Shown here: positions 7,191 through 16,453 of the stretch, piece after piece
Layout of the letters: every line of letters begins with the position of its first letter
Numbering within the stretch: position 1 is the stretch's first letter
Origin: Bacteroidales bacterium
GTDB lineage: Bacteria > Bacteroidota > Bacteroidia > Bacteroidales > TTA-H9
Length of the DNA: 64,000 bases
Reading direction: 5' to 3'
NCBI GenBank assembly: GCA_028689615.1
Contig: JAQVCV010000001.1
Location: forward strand, 133,697-197,696
Translations under genes and position numbers: made by a program
Notes under the pieces: generated by a model
What the model was told of the DNA's origin: nothing
What the model saw: the letters and a program-made list of their open reading frames with translations, nothing else
The model's database searches: none

Positions 7191-8798
7191 TCAAAACGGG
7201 TAAAGCGAAAAAGGATTAATATAACCACCTTGAAAAAACAAGCGAGAATCCGGACCTAATTCAGAATTAAAGTACGGTGAATGAACAATATGCTTATGTA
7301 AGCCATTCTGAAACAAATCCTGAACCCAGGGAGCGTCTATGCCTGTTCGTGAATTGGTGTTGCCGTTTCGGTATCCAAGGTATAAGCCTGCCCATAATCT
7401 GCTGCCAGAAGAGTAGGTGTATCTTTCCTTCTTATTTTTTCCCCAGATTGGAGACTCCCATGTTTCATTTCCGCCTTTAAAATAATCGGATTGTCTCTCT
7501 GCAACTGGCGGTGCGGTAGTGAATAAATTAAAACCAACAGTATGATTTCCAAGTCCTATTTCGGCGGCAGCAGTTCGTGCTTTATCCCCTCCAACAAAAG
7601 CATCATTTGTCATTCTAAAAGAAAAATCACCCTTCTGATAACCCACAGCCCAGTTGTTTTGTGGGTGGCTCCCCGAAAAAATTGTCCCGCCAAATGAGAA
7701 GTATTGATCGTTTGCCCTATCATAATAGGATATTCCTCCACTATAATTAAACCCACTAACCTTTGTAGCAGCCCGATCAATAAGATTACCAAAACCAGAC
7801 GAATAGCCAGCACCGAGATTAAAAGAAAAATCCCCAACGGCTACCGATGAGCTTGCATTGGCATAAAATCCACCCAAACCAAAGCCTGCCGAAGCACTAA
7901 AACCGCCATTGTTATATCCAACTGATAATCCAATATTGAATGGGTCTAGGCCAAATGAAAAGGAACCAAATGAAACTCGCGCACAACTGCTCATCCCGTT
8001 TGTTACAGTCATCGATTTATTAAAAGCACTTGCTAAAGCATTACTTTTACCTTGAATAACATTACTCAAAAACTCAGCAGTTGATGCGATTATCATAAAT
8101 GGGATTGCAAGGAACTCCCCGCTCGGATCAGTATATCTCAATGGATTATTCAAACAATAGCTGTACCGGTTCAGATTTTGTGGGTTATCGGGAGCCTGTA
8201 TGTAGGGGTCAGCAGAAAGAAATCTTCCTACCAACGGGTCATAGGCACGGCCGTTCATGTTGATGAGTGTGAACGGGTAGAGGTGCTCATGGAAAGTAAA
8301 TCCCCGGTCAATGAGGGGCGAGGGGATAGAGGCGAGGGACGTGTAGGGCTGCCAGGTGGCAGGATCGCGCCTGTTGCCCCACGCATCAAAACTTAACTCC
8401 TGAACCACATTACACTCGGCATCGGTGATGAGGTTAGGTGAACCCAAATGATCGGTGTAGATGTAGTACATCTTCCCCTGGTTGTTCTGATCAATCACGT
8501 ACATGGCAAACAGCGAACCATCGCCACCGGTGAGGTAGTGGATCTTTTGGATGGTGGCTTCGCCGGGTTTCTCGATGATTTCGAAGCCGTCGCCGACCGG
8601 GTTTCTGGCCAATGCCACTCCCAACCCATGCTTTCCAGAAGCGCCGTTGTTCAATGCGTTAGTGGCCAGCCTTTTCCTGGTGCGCCGCCTCCCAATTTGT
8701 GGCGGAGAAGCCCGTCTTGTTCCCTTTACCACAGACTCCACTGGCACCCGTTGGGGGTGTGGTGCAGAGGTGGCAGAATGTGGTTTGTAGGCGAACAT
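7191..8798 (-). CDS. Orphan Rhs core-tip + C-terminal toxin cassette 1
   Basis: Conserved core block at 8112-8597 ending NPLRYTDPSGEF, then a divergent tail. Start set at MFAYKPHSA by homology with MIAHKPPSA of cassette 2 (ORF track start is 8819). Confidence 0.8.
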   Translation of the reverse strand: MFAYKPHSATSAPHPQRVPVESVVKGTRRASPPQIGRRRTRKRLATNALNNGASGKHGLGVALARNPVGDGFEIIEKPGEATIQKIHYLTGGDGSLFAMYVIDQNNQGKMYYIYTDHLGSPNLITDAECNVVQELSFDAWGNRRDPATWQPYTSLASIPSPLIDRGFTFHEHLYPFTLINMNGRAYDPLVGRFLSADPYIQAPDNPQNLNRYSYCLNNPLRYTDPSGEFLAIPFMIIASTAEFLSNVIQGKSNALASAFNKSMTVTNGMSSCARVSFGSFSFGLDPFNIGLSVGYNNGGFSASAGFGLGGFYANASSSVAVGDFSFNLGAGYSSGFGNLIDRAATKVSGFNYSGGISYYDRANDQYFSFGGTIFSGSHPQNNWAVGYQKGDFSFRMTNDAFVGGDKARTAAAEIGLGNHTVGFNLFTTAPPVAERQSDYFKGGNETWESPIWGKNKKERYTYSSGSRLWAGLYLGYRNGNTNSRTGIDAPWVQDLFQNGLHKHIVHSPYFNSELGPDSRLFFQGGYINPFSLYPF

Positions 8799-8821
8799 GG
8801 GGTTGGTTTGGAGCGACAAAG

Positions 8822-8992
8822 TTAGAAAAGATTTGTAAAACTTAGAAGGATTTGGTTTTCATTCAGGAGTGAGGGAACCTGCTTCACCTCCTTCACCTCT
8901 ATGAAACGCTGGGTGCGGTTGCCCGAGGGGTCGTAGGTGAAATAGACGGCTTGGGAGAAAGCGCTAAAGGTTGTTAGCAGTGCAACGAACAT
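8822..8992 (-). CDS. 56-aa leader ORF: signal peptide + single YD repeat (second copy)
   Basis: Hand translation: MFVALLTTFSAFSQAVYFTYDPSGNRTQRFIEVKEVKQVPSLLNENQILLSFTNLF*. Not in the ORF track (under 60 aa). Confidence 0.5.
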   Translation of the reverse strand: MFVALLTTFSAFSQAVYFTYDPSGNRTQRFIEVKEVKQVPSLLNENQILLSFTNLF

Positions 8993-9085
8993 AACAGTAA
9001 GTTTTCCCTTATTCTCATATGTTTGATGTAATTATATTAATTCATTAGACATTAGGCTCAATCTTGTTTATTAATGATAGGTACA

Positions 9086-9736
9086 TCAATTTGAGTTTTC
9101 TCTATCCCATTCTTTTTGCACCTTCAATAAAGATTTAATCATTAAATCATAAATTCTTTTATTTTTCAATCGAACAGGTTCAAGAAATTCAGGAAGTTTT
9201 TTTGGAGGGCATGGGGAGTCGAAATAAAAGAACCAAAACCCTAAAACCGATGAATTGTCAAACTTAATTAGATTTTTAATAAAAACATCTAGATTCTCTT
9301 GAAGTAAATTATTTGCTCCTAATTTAAAGAAATTAACAGCATCTGCCTGCCAGCATCCGTTCTTAGCAATATTAATGATACTGATAAATCTCCTATTTAT
9401 ATCTATTTCATGCAAAGTGTAATAAATATCTATAATATGATGCTTAGCATTATCATACAGAATTGATTTGTAAAATTTAGTTGATATTTCATTATCAATA
9501 CATTTAACAGAGTCTTGATATCCATAAATTTTTACAAACTGGGCAAAAGTTTTTGGGAAAGCCTTAAAAAACAAATCTCTATAAATTCTATTTGAGTCAA
9601 CATTATCAGTCCGATCAATTAATTTCACAAGATGAGACAAAGTGTCAGCCTTAGAATTAATTTTGCTATCGATTGTTTGTGAGTAAGTAGTCGAAAACAC
9701 AACTAATAAAGAAATGTAGAAAAACAATCTTTTCAT
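9086..9736 (-). CDS. Putative exported immunity protein for the main Rhs toxin
   Basis: 216 aa, signal peptide MKRLFFYISLLVVFSTTYSQ. Starts 15 nt after the Rhs stop. AT-rich. No recognised family. Confidence 0.6.
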   Translation of the reverse strand: MKRLFFYISLLVVFSTTYSQTIDSKINSKADTLSHLVKLIDRTDNVDSNRIYRDLFFKAFPKTFAQFVKIYGYQDSVKCIDNEISTKFYKSILYDNAKHHIIDIYYTLHEIDINRRFISIINIAKNGCWQADAVNFFKLGANNLLQENLDVFIKNLIKFDNSSVLGFWFFYFDSPCPPKKLPEFLEPVRLKNKRIYDLMIKSLLKVQKEWDRENSN

Positions 9737-9751
9737 TTTCAGTAAATATTA

Positions 9752-12700
9752 TTAATACAAATTAAAATAAAAAGTTAGCCCTCTTTGTTCAGCATGAAGA
9801 TAAAGCTGTTTAAACATATTCATTGCATCGCCGCTGCTCCATACTGCATTAGCTGAATAACTTGTACCGGGCAAGAAACATGCCTTAGTATTTGACGGAA
9901 AATTTCCCGTATGAATTAATACCTTTGTACGACCCGGAATATTCATAATTTCAAAAGCATCAGGATATTTTACGGAGCTATAGCGGGAAACTTCATAAAC
10001 ACCTGCTTGAATTCTAAGTCCAGAACCTTGAACAGTGGAGGATGGCCCTGCCGGTTCTAAAAAAAATCCTTCTGTATTATCATCAATACAATAACGGCTT
10101 ATGGTAGATTGGTCTGTTTCAGCAAATCGCTCAACATTAAAATAAAATTTATTTTCGTTTACTATTGGATTAATTGTTGACTTTAGATTACCTGTACTCA
10201 ATTCCGAGTTACTAAAATTCTGGCTAACGAACGGTAGTCGTTCGGGTGCCTTAAAAATTCTATCACCATTCCAAAAAGTTCTGCCACCATTTCTTGCGTC
10301 TAATCCACCAACAAGCCCACCAAAAGCAGCACCGGTAAATCCACCAATTAATCCGCCAAAGATGGCACTTTTAAACGCCTCGTCACCGGTTTTACCCTGA
10401 AGAAGAGCATTACCATATCCAGCTACTGCTCCTGAAGCAAACCCTGCTCCACCACCAATGGCAGCACCCGACCAAAAACTTGTTGCAGCAACCTGAGCAG
10501 TAGAACTGCCGATTGCACCTGCCCAGAAAGAACCACCTGCATAGGCAGAACTTATTCCTGCACCTACACTTGCGCCAATTGCTCCTGCCGCAGCACCAAT
10601 CCCAAAACTTAACAAACCCTTTGCGTTAAACTCACACCCACCCATTATCCAGTTGGCGATTCCGCCAATGATCATCGCTTCAAGAAAGAATTCACCCTGC
10701 GGATCACTATACCTCAATGGATTATTCAAGCAATAGCTGTACCGGTTCAAATTTTGGGGGTTATCGGGTGCCTGAATGTAGGGATCGGGGGAGAGGAAAC
10801 GGCCAACCAAGGGGTCATAAGCCCGGCCGTTCATGTTGATGAGGGTGAACGGATAAAGGTGCTCATGGAATGTGAAACCGCGATCAATCAGGGGCGAGGG
10901 GATAGAGGCGAGGGACGTGTAGGGCTGCCAGGTGGCAGGATCGCGCCTGTTGCCCCACGCATCAAAACTTAACTCCTGAACTACATTGCACTCGGCATCG
11001 GTGATGAGGTTGGGAGAACCCAAATGGTCGGTATAGATGTAGTACATCTTCCCCTGGTTGTTCTGATCAATCACGTACATGGCAAACAGCAAACCGTCGC
11101 CACCGGTGAGGTAGTGGATCTTTTGGATGGTGCCTTCGCCGGGTTTCTCGATGATTTCGAGTCCGTCGCCGACGAAGGTTTTTTTCGTGATAACTACATC
11201 ACTTTGAGTCAATTCCTGATAGGTTCTTTGGTGGTCATAACCATAAAAGATAGTCAAATGGTAAGGGGCCTCGGTAATGGAGGTCATCTTGTTGTAGGAA
11301 TTATAAGCAATGGTTTGTGGTGCTTGAGGCCATTGGGCAGGATTTGCATCAGCCGAAATAAGCGCATATGGGTTGCGCGTACCACAGTCGTACTGTGCAT
11401 CTTCAAAGATAAACCCTAAAGAATTACTTTTACCCATGACATTGCCTAAAAGATTGTAGTCAGTATTTCCGGATACTACCCCGTTTAGGTAGGTTACGTC
11501 CAACCGATCAAGATTATCGTAAGTGAACGACTCATGTAAGGTGGTAGAGCCGGCAATTTTCTTTCTCCAAGTCAAATTGCCCACATTGTCCCATTCGTAA
11601 AGCCTTTTAAACAGCTCAACATCCGCTCCTTTTTTTACGATCTGGGCTGTAAGCAACCCCCTGTCGTTTTCGAAAACCGATTCGGCTATAACACCATTGC
11701 CATGCAATGCCTTGGTTAGCCTGCCGTAGTTATCGGTGGCATTTACCGCCCAAAGCAGACATGGATCGTAACCACCCTTGTACAGTTTAGCAACTTCACC
11801 ATTGGGTGCATATTCCGTTAAAATGGTTAAGCCATCAGGAGTTTCCTTCCTTTTCACTCTGCTGAAAGGATCATAGGCAACACTCTGGGTATAATTGACC
11901 CCGTTGATTTGATTGGTTATCTGACTAACTCTGGCATACTCATCAAAGGTGTATTCGGTGGAGTGTCCAGGATAACTAACCGACCCCAGCAACCCGTTGC
12001 CAGAAGGTTTGTTATCATAAATCCAGTTTGTGGTACCTTCTGGTTCAATTCGCTTAGTCATCCTTCCCAGTATATCATATTGGTACGTTGTGGCCACGTC
12101 CTGCCGGGAATCGTCACGTGAAACCATTTGATCGAAAGCATCGAATTTAAAATCAATGGTTCCTGCTGCCGGATCAATAAGCTTTGTGCAATTGCCATGG
12201 CTGTCGTACTCGTTCACTATGCTGGTTTCCTGCGGTTGGCCTGAATGATAGGTGTTCACAACATTGCCATCACAGTCGTGTTGAAAAATCACACTACTAC
12301 CGCTCGCATCTTTGCTCTGGGTAAGCCATCCGGCAACGTTCTTAGTCTGAACGGTCTGGCGGGAAAACATGTCGGTGTATTTCGTAACCAGACCTTCATA
12401 CGTCACCGAAGTGGCGCCCCGGGAAGTGGTTGTAGCAACTACCCTGTCAAGGGCATCGTAGGTATAGGTGGTGGTAATATCGGAAAGAGAGGACAAGGCA
12501 TAATAATAGGCACTGGTCTGGGTATGCAGCCTTCCCCTCGAGTCATAGGTTTTGTCGCTATACATCTTTTTCCCTTTAGCATCATAGCTTACAGTTCGAA
12601 GCTCCTGTCCCATGCGGTTGAAAAAAGTAAGTGCTTCAGAGGTTCCTGATGTTTTGGTCCAAACATAGTACAACCCTTCGGGCGGATTGTCGTCATGCTC

Positions 12701-15700
12701 AACCCCTCCCACTTTGGCCCAACGTTTACACGAAACATTTGTAGTGCCCTCAGGCATTGAAGTACTTGACTGAATGCCCAATATATCGTTGACTGAAGTG
12801 GTTTGTAACCCGTTCATATCGGTTGTGGACGACACGTACAATTCGAGAGGATCGTAAGAGTAATACACCGGAAAGTTCTTTGGATCTCTTTTCGATTCAA
12901 CCAAATAGGGTCTGTCGGCAAAATACTGTGTAAGCGAAATTCGCGAAGCAGGAGCAAGCGTGCCGGTTGGAGGAATGTAATTGGGCGCACTTGCTGTTTC
13001 TTTAGTAATTAACCCCAAAGCCGAATACTCAAAAGCCTTTTTAACAGCCATCTGATCACCCGGATCAGAGGCATACTGAACAACCTCTTTTACCAAAGGG
13101 TAACCTGTCTGGCCGTTTTGATAATAATCATAATCTGTCTGCGCTACTTTGGACATGAACGAAGATGAACTTGGCTGTTTGTAATAACTTGTTGCAATCA
13201 CAAGATCTGGTCTGTTCAGCAGGTTATTCTCTACAGGCAAGTATGTTGTATTTACCACTGAACGGTGTTCAAAATTGATTTCAGGAGTGGAAAACTCGTA
13301 ATCGTTCGCCGAGCGGGATTCAACCTGGTTGATTAATTGACCCAAAGCATCGAAAGATTTATGAACACGACTCGTACCTGTGAAAAAACCTCCCAATGGA
13401 TCTCTGGTTTTGGTCAACGATCTGGACTCAGTAACACGATAACGCTTATCGGGATTAACAAAGTACTCGTTCTCAATTTGGGTTCGACTGAGGTAATTCC
13501 CTTCCTGAACGAGGTAGCTTACCTGGTAATCAGTTTCGGGTAAAATAAAAGAATAAGTAGCTGTATTATCTGTAAACAACTTGGTATTGATTAAGGTTCT
13601 GAGGTTGTTTACTGTATTCTCTGTCCTAACCATATCGAAATTTAGGAAACCTTTCCCTTTTCTGTGAAACATTCCGGAAAAGTAGCGATAAACTTCCTCA
13701 TTCAACAGGGAGGTTCCTGAAAGAGTCTTTCTCTTTTGTGTAACATACATCGGCATTGAAGAGCAAAAAACATTTGATTTGGTATCTTCATACAGATTCA
13801 ACAACTGATTGCTGTAAACTGACGATGATTTACCCGGAGAATAAGTAATTTGCTCTTTCACTCCAAACCCATTTTCAATCTCTTTTAAAAGGCCTTCAGG
13901 CTCTCCGGCTCCGAAGTAATAAAAATGCAACTCACCTAACATTGTTGATACTACATCTTCTTTATTATCTCCATTTATATCACTTGCATAGGAGCTCTGC
14001 CAAATATAAGCCCTGTTCTCCCATGACGAGTTGTAACTTTTCATATACTGTGGAACACCGAACCCTTTTTGGCTAAAATATATCTTTCTAACATATTGTT
14101 GATTAGACGATAATCTTTTATCATAATACGATTCCATGACGTCGTCCATGCCATCACCGTTGAAATCACCAACTAAATATACAACATCTGACAGGTAGGT
14201 CCAAGAAGAATTGCTAAGGTGTCCACCAGGTTTCACGTTTATGCCAAAAGAAATCTCCTCTTCTGGGTATGAAAAGGTAGCGCCTGTTCCATAGCAAATA
14301 AGCCACCTCCCTGTTTGACTATTCCATTCGGGTTCAGGAATGAAATGTAGTAAATCCGACAGACCATCTCCATTATAATCACCATAATACTCATATTTCC
14401 AACGCGAGTGACCAGTATGAATATTAAGGAATGAAGTTCCCGAATTGTTTAAAGTAAGAATCATTGGGGCTTCGGTATCTTGCATATCTCTACAAGACAA
14501 TTCTGCACGGTTATCTCCATTGAAATTAATCGGGCGAAAGTCTTCAAAAAGATTGAAGTCTGACCCGATCATAGCATTAATCTGATTTAATCCTATATCG
14601 TTATTGTTTAACTCCGTCAGAAAACAATATTGCCAGTTCTTTGGCCCGTCAATATGATCCCATAAGTCCTGAGAGTTTAAAAAAATGTCATCTAAACCAT
14701 CACCGTTATAATCAGCAAAAACAAATTCAATTAATCTCTGTTGAATATTGCCGGGAAGATCTATTACCGCAGAAGGTTGAAACTCTGGTTCCAATGGATC
14801 AGCAATCAAAAATTGAACTTTGTTAATAGCATCATAATCATCCCAATCTGCCGTAATATAATCTTTGTTATCGTAATCAAAAAAAACTACTAAGTCTGTT
14901 TTATTATCTCCATTAATATTTGCAGAAAATATTCTGGCTCCACCAAAAATATCCCAACCAGATTGAGAGACTATATTGTTGGAATTCTGAGGTTGGTTTC
15001 TAAGTGTGAAGCCGCCATTTTTATCATTAATGAAAAGATCCCAGCCAGAAATTACCCTAGCGTTCGTCTGTACCGGATCAAAATACCATTTCGCTCTAAT
15101 AAAATCAGTATATCCATCTCCATTGAAATCGCCTGGAAGATAATCAGCCGTATTACCATTTCCTGAACTGGAATAGGCCATCCCGCTGGTTTGTTGCGTC
15201 GTTAAAAGAATCTCGCTGTTATTTGAATAGAGTAGCTTAGTTGGATTGAATGAATACTCATTACCCGGTGCTGAATACCGTATGCTTTCAATTGTGGTCA
15301 TGCCTACGGCCATAGGATAGCCGTAGAACAAATCATAATGATAAACTTCAGTATCACCTTTTTTTATAACAATTGCTTCTATAACACGATCATAAAGATA
15401 TGCAGTTTGGTTAGAGTATCTTACAAAAGGTGATTCTGTCTTGTAAACAAACTCAACATTATATACCGCAGTTGAAAAATTAGCAACATTCGAGTTATAG
15501 TTATATAAAATTTTATGCGGTACAACAGAAAATTCTCCGCCAGCTGAGCTATGGTAATACTCAATTTTGATCGTATTTCCAAACACATCTACCACTTTAT
15601 CCAAAAACCATTGAACGGCAGGTCCGTTTGGTTTCCATATTTTCGATGTCTCCGAGGACCCATAGTAGGACACTTTCCCGTCGGGGCTGTAAACCTTGAA

Positions 15701-16336
15701 ACCACCTCCATTAGGCACCACTTTCATTCCGTTCTCGGCTTCAAACCGGTATTCTGCATCTGTTCCCCAGTAATTTCCACTGGTAACAAACAAGCGGCTT
15801 CCATCCAGAGCCAACCTGTCAGACTCATCAAAATCAACCGGATCAACAACTCCATCATAATATAAATTGCTCGGACCCCTGCTGATACTTGACAAACCTC
15901 CCAGCGACCAGCCATGCCCCATATAGCCATCACCTCCGGCAGAATTGTAAACCAAACTAAGGCTTGGTGTCATGCCTGGGATACACTCAGGTAGTTTTAA
16001 CGGGATGGTATAGATATAATTCCCCATGGGGCCAACTGAACCTTGCCCTTCAATGGTCCCTACAACCCCGTCATCGCCGGGGTTCGGCCCTCCGGTAAGG
16101 CCGGTGGTGGGGGGAAATATCATGTAGGGATCTATCAAGGCATGCAATTCCTTGTCGGCAGTGGCTTGGAATGAGGCACCTGGCACAAAGTTCACAAATT
16201 CACTGGCTTTGTAGGTTGTTCCGTCGGTGACCGGAGCATTGATGGTAAAACTTTGTCCGGTAAGGGTTGTTCCGGTTTGCGAAAAAACCTGAAAGAACCA
16301 CAGGGTTGCGAAAAAGAGGATGACTGTTTTCTTCAT
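9752..16336 (-). CDS. Full-length Rhs/YD-repeat polymorphic toxin with SpvB-like N-terminus and FG-GAP/VCBS-like repeats
   Basis: 2194 aa with signal peptide MKKTVILFFATLWFFQVFSQ. SpvB-like MTPSLSLVYNSAGGDGYMGHGWSLGGLSSISR. Seven GDxNGDGxxD-type repeats. YD repeats (YTYDALDRV, EYDSHGN, YQYDILGRM, VAYDPFSRV). Core ends GRAYDPLVGRFLSPDPYIQAPDNPQNLNRYSYCLNNPLRYSDPQGEF, followed by a variable tail. Confidence 0.95.
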   Translation of the reverse strand: MKKTVILFFATLWFFQVFSQTGTTLTGQSFTINAPVTDGTTYKASEFVNFVPGASFQATADKELHALIDPYMIFPPTTGLTGGPNPGDDGVVGTIEGQGSVGPMGNYIYTIPLKLPECIPGMTPSLSLVYNSAGGDGYMGHGWSLGGLSSISRGPSNLYYDGVVDPVDFDESDRLALDGSRLFVTSGNYWGTDAEYRFEAENGMKVVPNGGGFKVYSPDGKVSYYGSSETSKIWKPNGPAVQWFLDKVVDVFGNTIKIEYYHSSAGGEFSVVPHKILYNYNSNVANFSTAVYNVEFVYKTESPFVRYSNQTAYLYDRVIEAIVIKKGDTEVYHYDLFYGYPMAVGMTTIESIRYSAPGNEYSFNPTKLLYSNNSEILLTTQQTSGMAYSSSGNGNTADYLPGDFNGDGYTDFIRAKWYFDPVQTNARVISGWDLFINDKNGGFTLRNQPQNSNNIVSQSGWDIFGGARIFSANINGDNKTDLVVFFDYDNKDYITADWDDYDAINKVQFLIADPLEPEFQPSAVIDLPGNIQQRLIEFVFADYNGDGLDDIFLNSQDLWDHIDGPKNWQYCFLTELNNNDIGLNQINAMIGSDFNLFEDFRPINFNGDNRAELSCRDMQDTEAPMILTLNNSGTSFLNIHTGHSRWKYEYYGDYNGDGLSDLLHFIPEPEWNSQTGRWLICYGTGATFSYPEEEISFGINVKPGGHLSNSSWTYLSDVVYLVGDFNGDGMDDVMESYYDKRLSSNQQYVRKIYFSQKGFGVPQYMKSYNSSWENRAYIWQSSYASDINGDNKEDVVSTMLGELHFYYFGAGEPEGLLKEIENGFGVKEQITYSPGKSSSVYSNQLLNLYEDTKSNVFCSSMPMYVTQKRKTLSGTSLLNEEVYRYFSGMFHRKGKGFLNFDMVRTENTVNNLRTLINTKLFTDNTATYSFILPETDYQVSYLVQEGNYLSRTQIENEYFVNPDKRYRVTESRSLTKTRDPLGGFFTGTSRVHKSFDALGQLINQVESRSANDYEFSTPEINFEHRSVVNTTYLPVENNLLNRPDLVIATSYYKQPSSSSFMSKVAQTDYDYYQNGQTGYPLVKEVVQYASDPGDQMAVKKAFEYSALGLITKETASAPNYIPPTGTLAPASRISLTQYFADRPYLVESKRDPKNFPVYYSYDPLELYVSSTTDMNGLQTTSVNDILGIQSSTSMPEGTTNVSCKRWAKVGGVEHDDNPPEGLYYVWTKTSGTSEALTFFNRMGQELRTVSYDAKGKKMYSDKTYDSRGRLHTQTSAYYYALSSLSDITTTYTYDALDRVVATTTSRGATSVTYEGLVTKYTDMFSRQTVQTKNVAGWLTQSKDASGSSVIFQHDCDGNVVNTYHSGQPQETSIVNEYDSHGNCTKLIDPAAGTIDFKFDAFDQMVSRDDSRQDVATTYQYDILGRMTKRIEPEGTTNWIYDNKPSGNGLLGSVSYPGHSTEYTFDEYARVSQITNQINGVNYTQSVAYDPFSRVKRKETPDGLTILTEYAPNGEVAKLYKGGYDPCLLWAVNATDNYGRLTKALHGNGVIAESVFENDRGLLTAQIVKKGADVELFKRLYEWDNVGNLTWRKKIAGSTTLHESFTYDNLDRLDVTYLNGVVSGNTDYNLLGNVMGKSNSLGFIFEDAQYDCGTRNPYALISADANPAQWPQAPQTIAYNSYNKMTSITEAPYHLTIFYGYDHQRTYQELTQSDVVITKKTFVGDGLEIIEKPGEGTIQKIHYLTGGDGLLFAMYVIDQNNQGKMYYIYTDHLGSPNLITDAECNVVQELSFDAWGNRRDPATWQPYTSLASIPSPLIDRGFTFHEHLYPFTLINMNGRAYDPLVGRFLSPDPYIQAPDNPQNLNRYSYCLNNPLRYSDPQGEFFLEAMIIGGIANWIMGGCEFNAKGLLSFGIGAAAGAIGASVGAGISSAYAGGSFWAGAIGSSTAQVAATSFWSGAAIGGGAGFASGAVAGYGNALLQGKTGDEAFKSAIFGGLIGGFTGAAFGGLVGGLDARNGGRTFWNGDRIFKAPERLPFVSQNFSNSELSTGNLKSTINPIVNENKFYFNVERFAETDQSTISRYCIDDNTEGFFLEPAGPSSTVQGSGLRIQAGVYEVSRYSSVKYPDAFEIMNIPGRTKVLIHTGNFPSNTKACFLPGTSYSANAVWSSGDAMNMFKQLYLHAEQRGLTFYFNLY

Positions 16337-16453
16337 AACTGGGCTGTTTACGATTTATTCAGTTGAGAAAGCATGGGGTTATCCCTTCAAAGCAGGTTTT
16401 CTAAACTCTAAGTGCAATTCAAAGTAAAGAAAACCATGCCAGGAGAAAACTAC

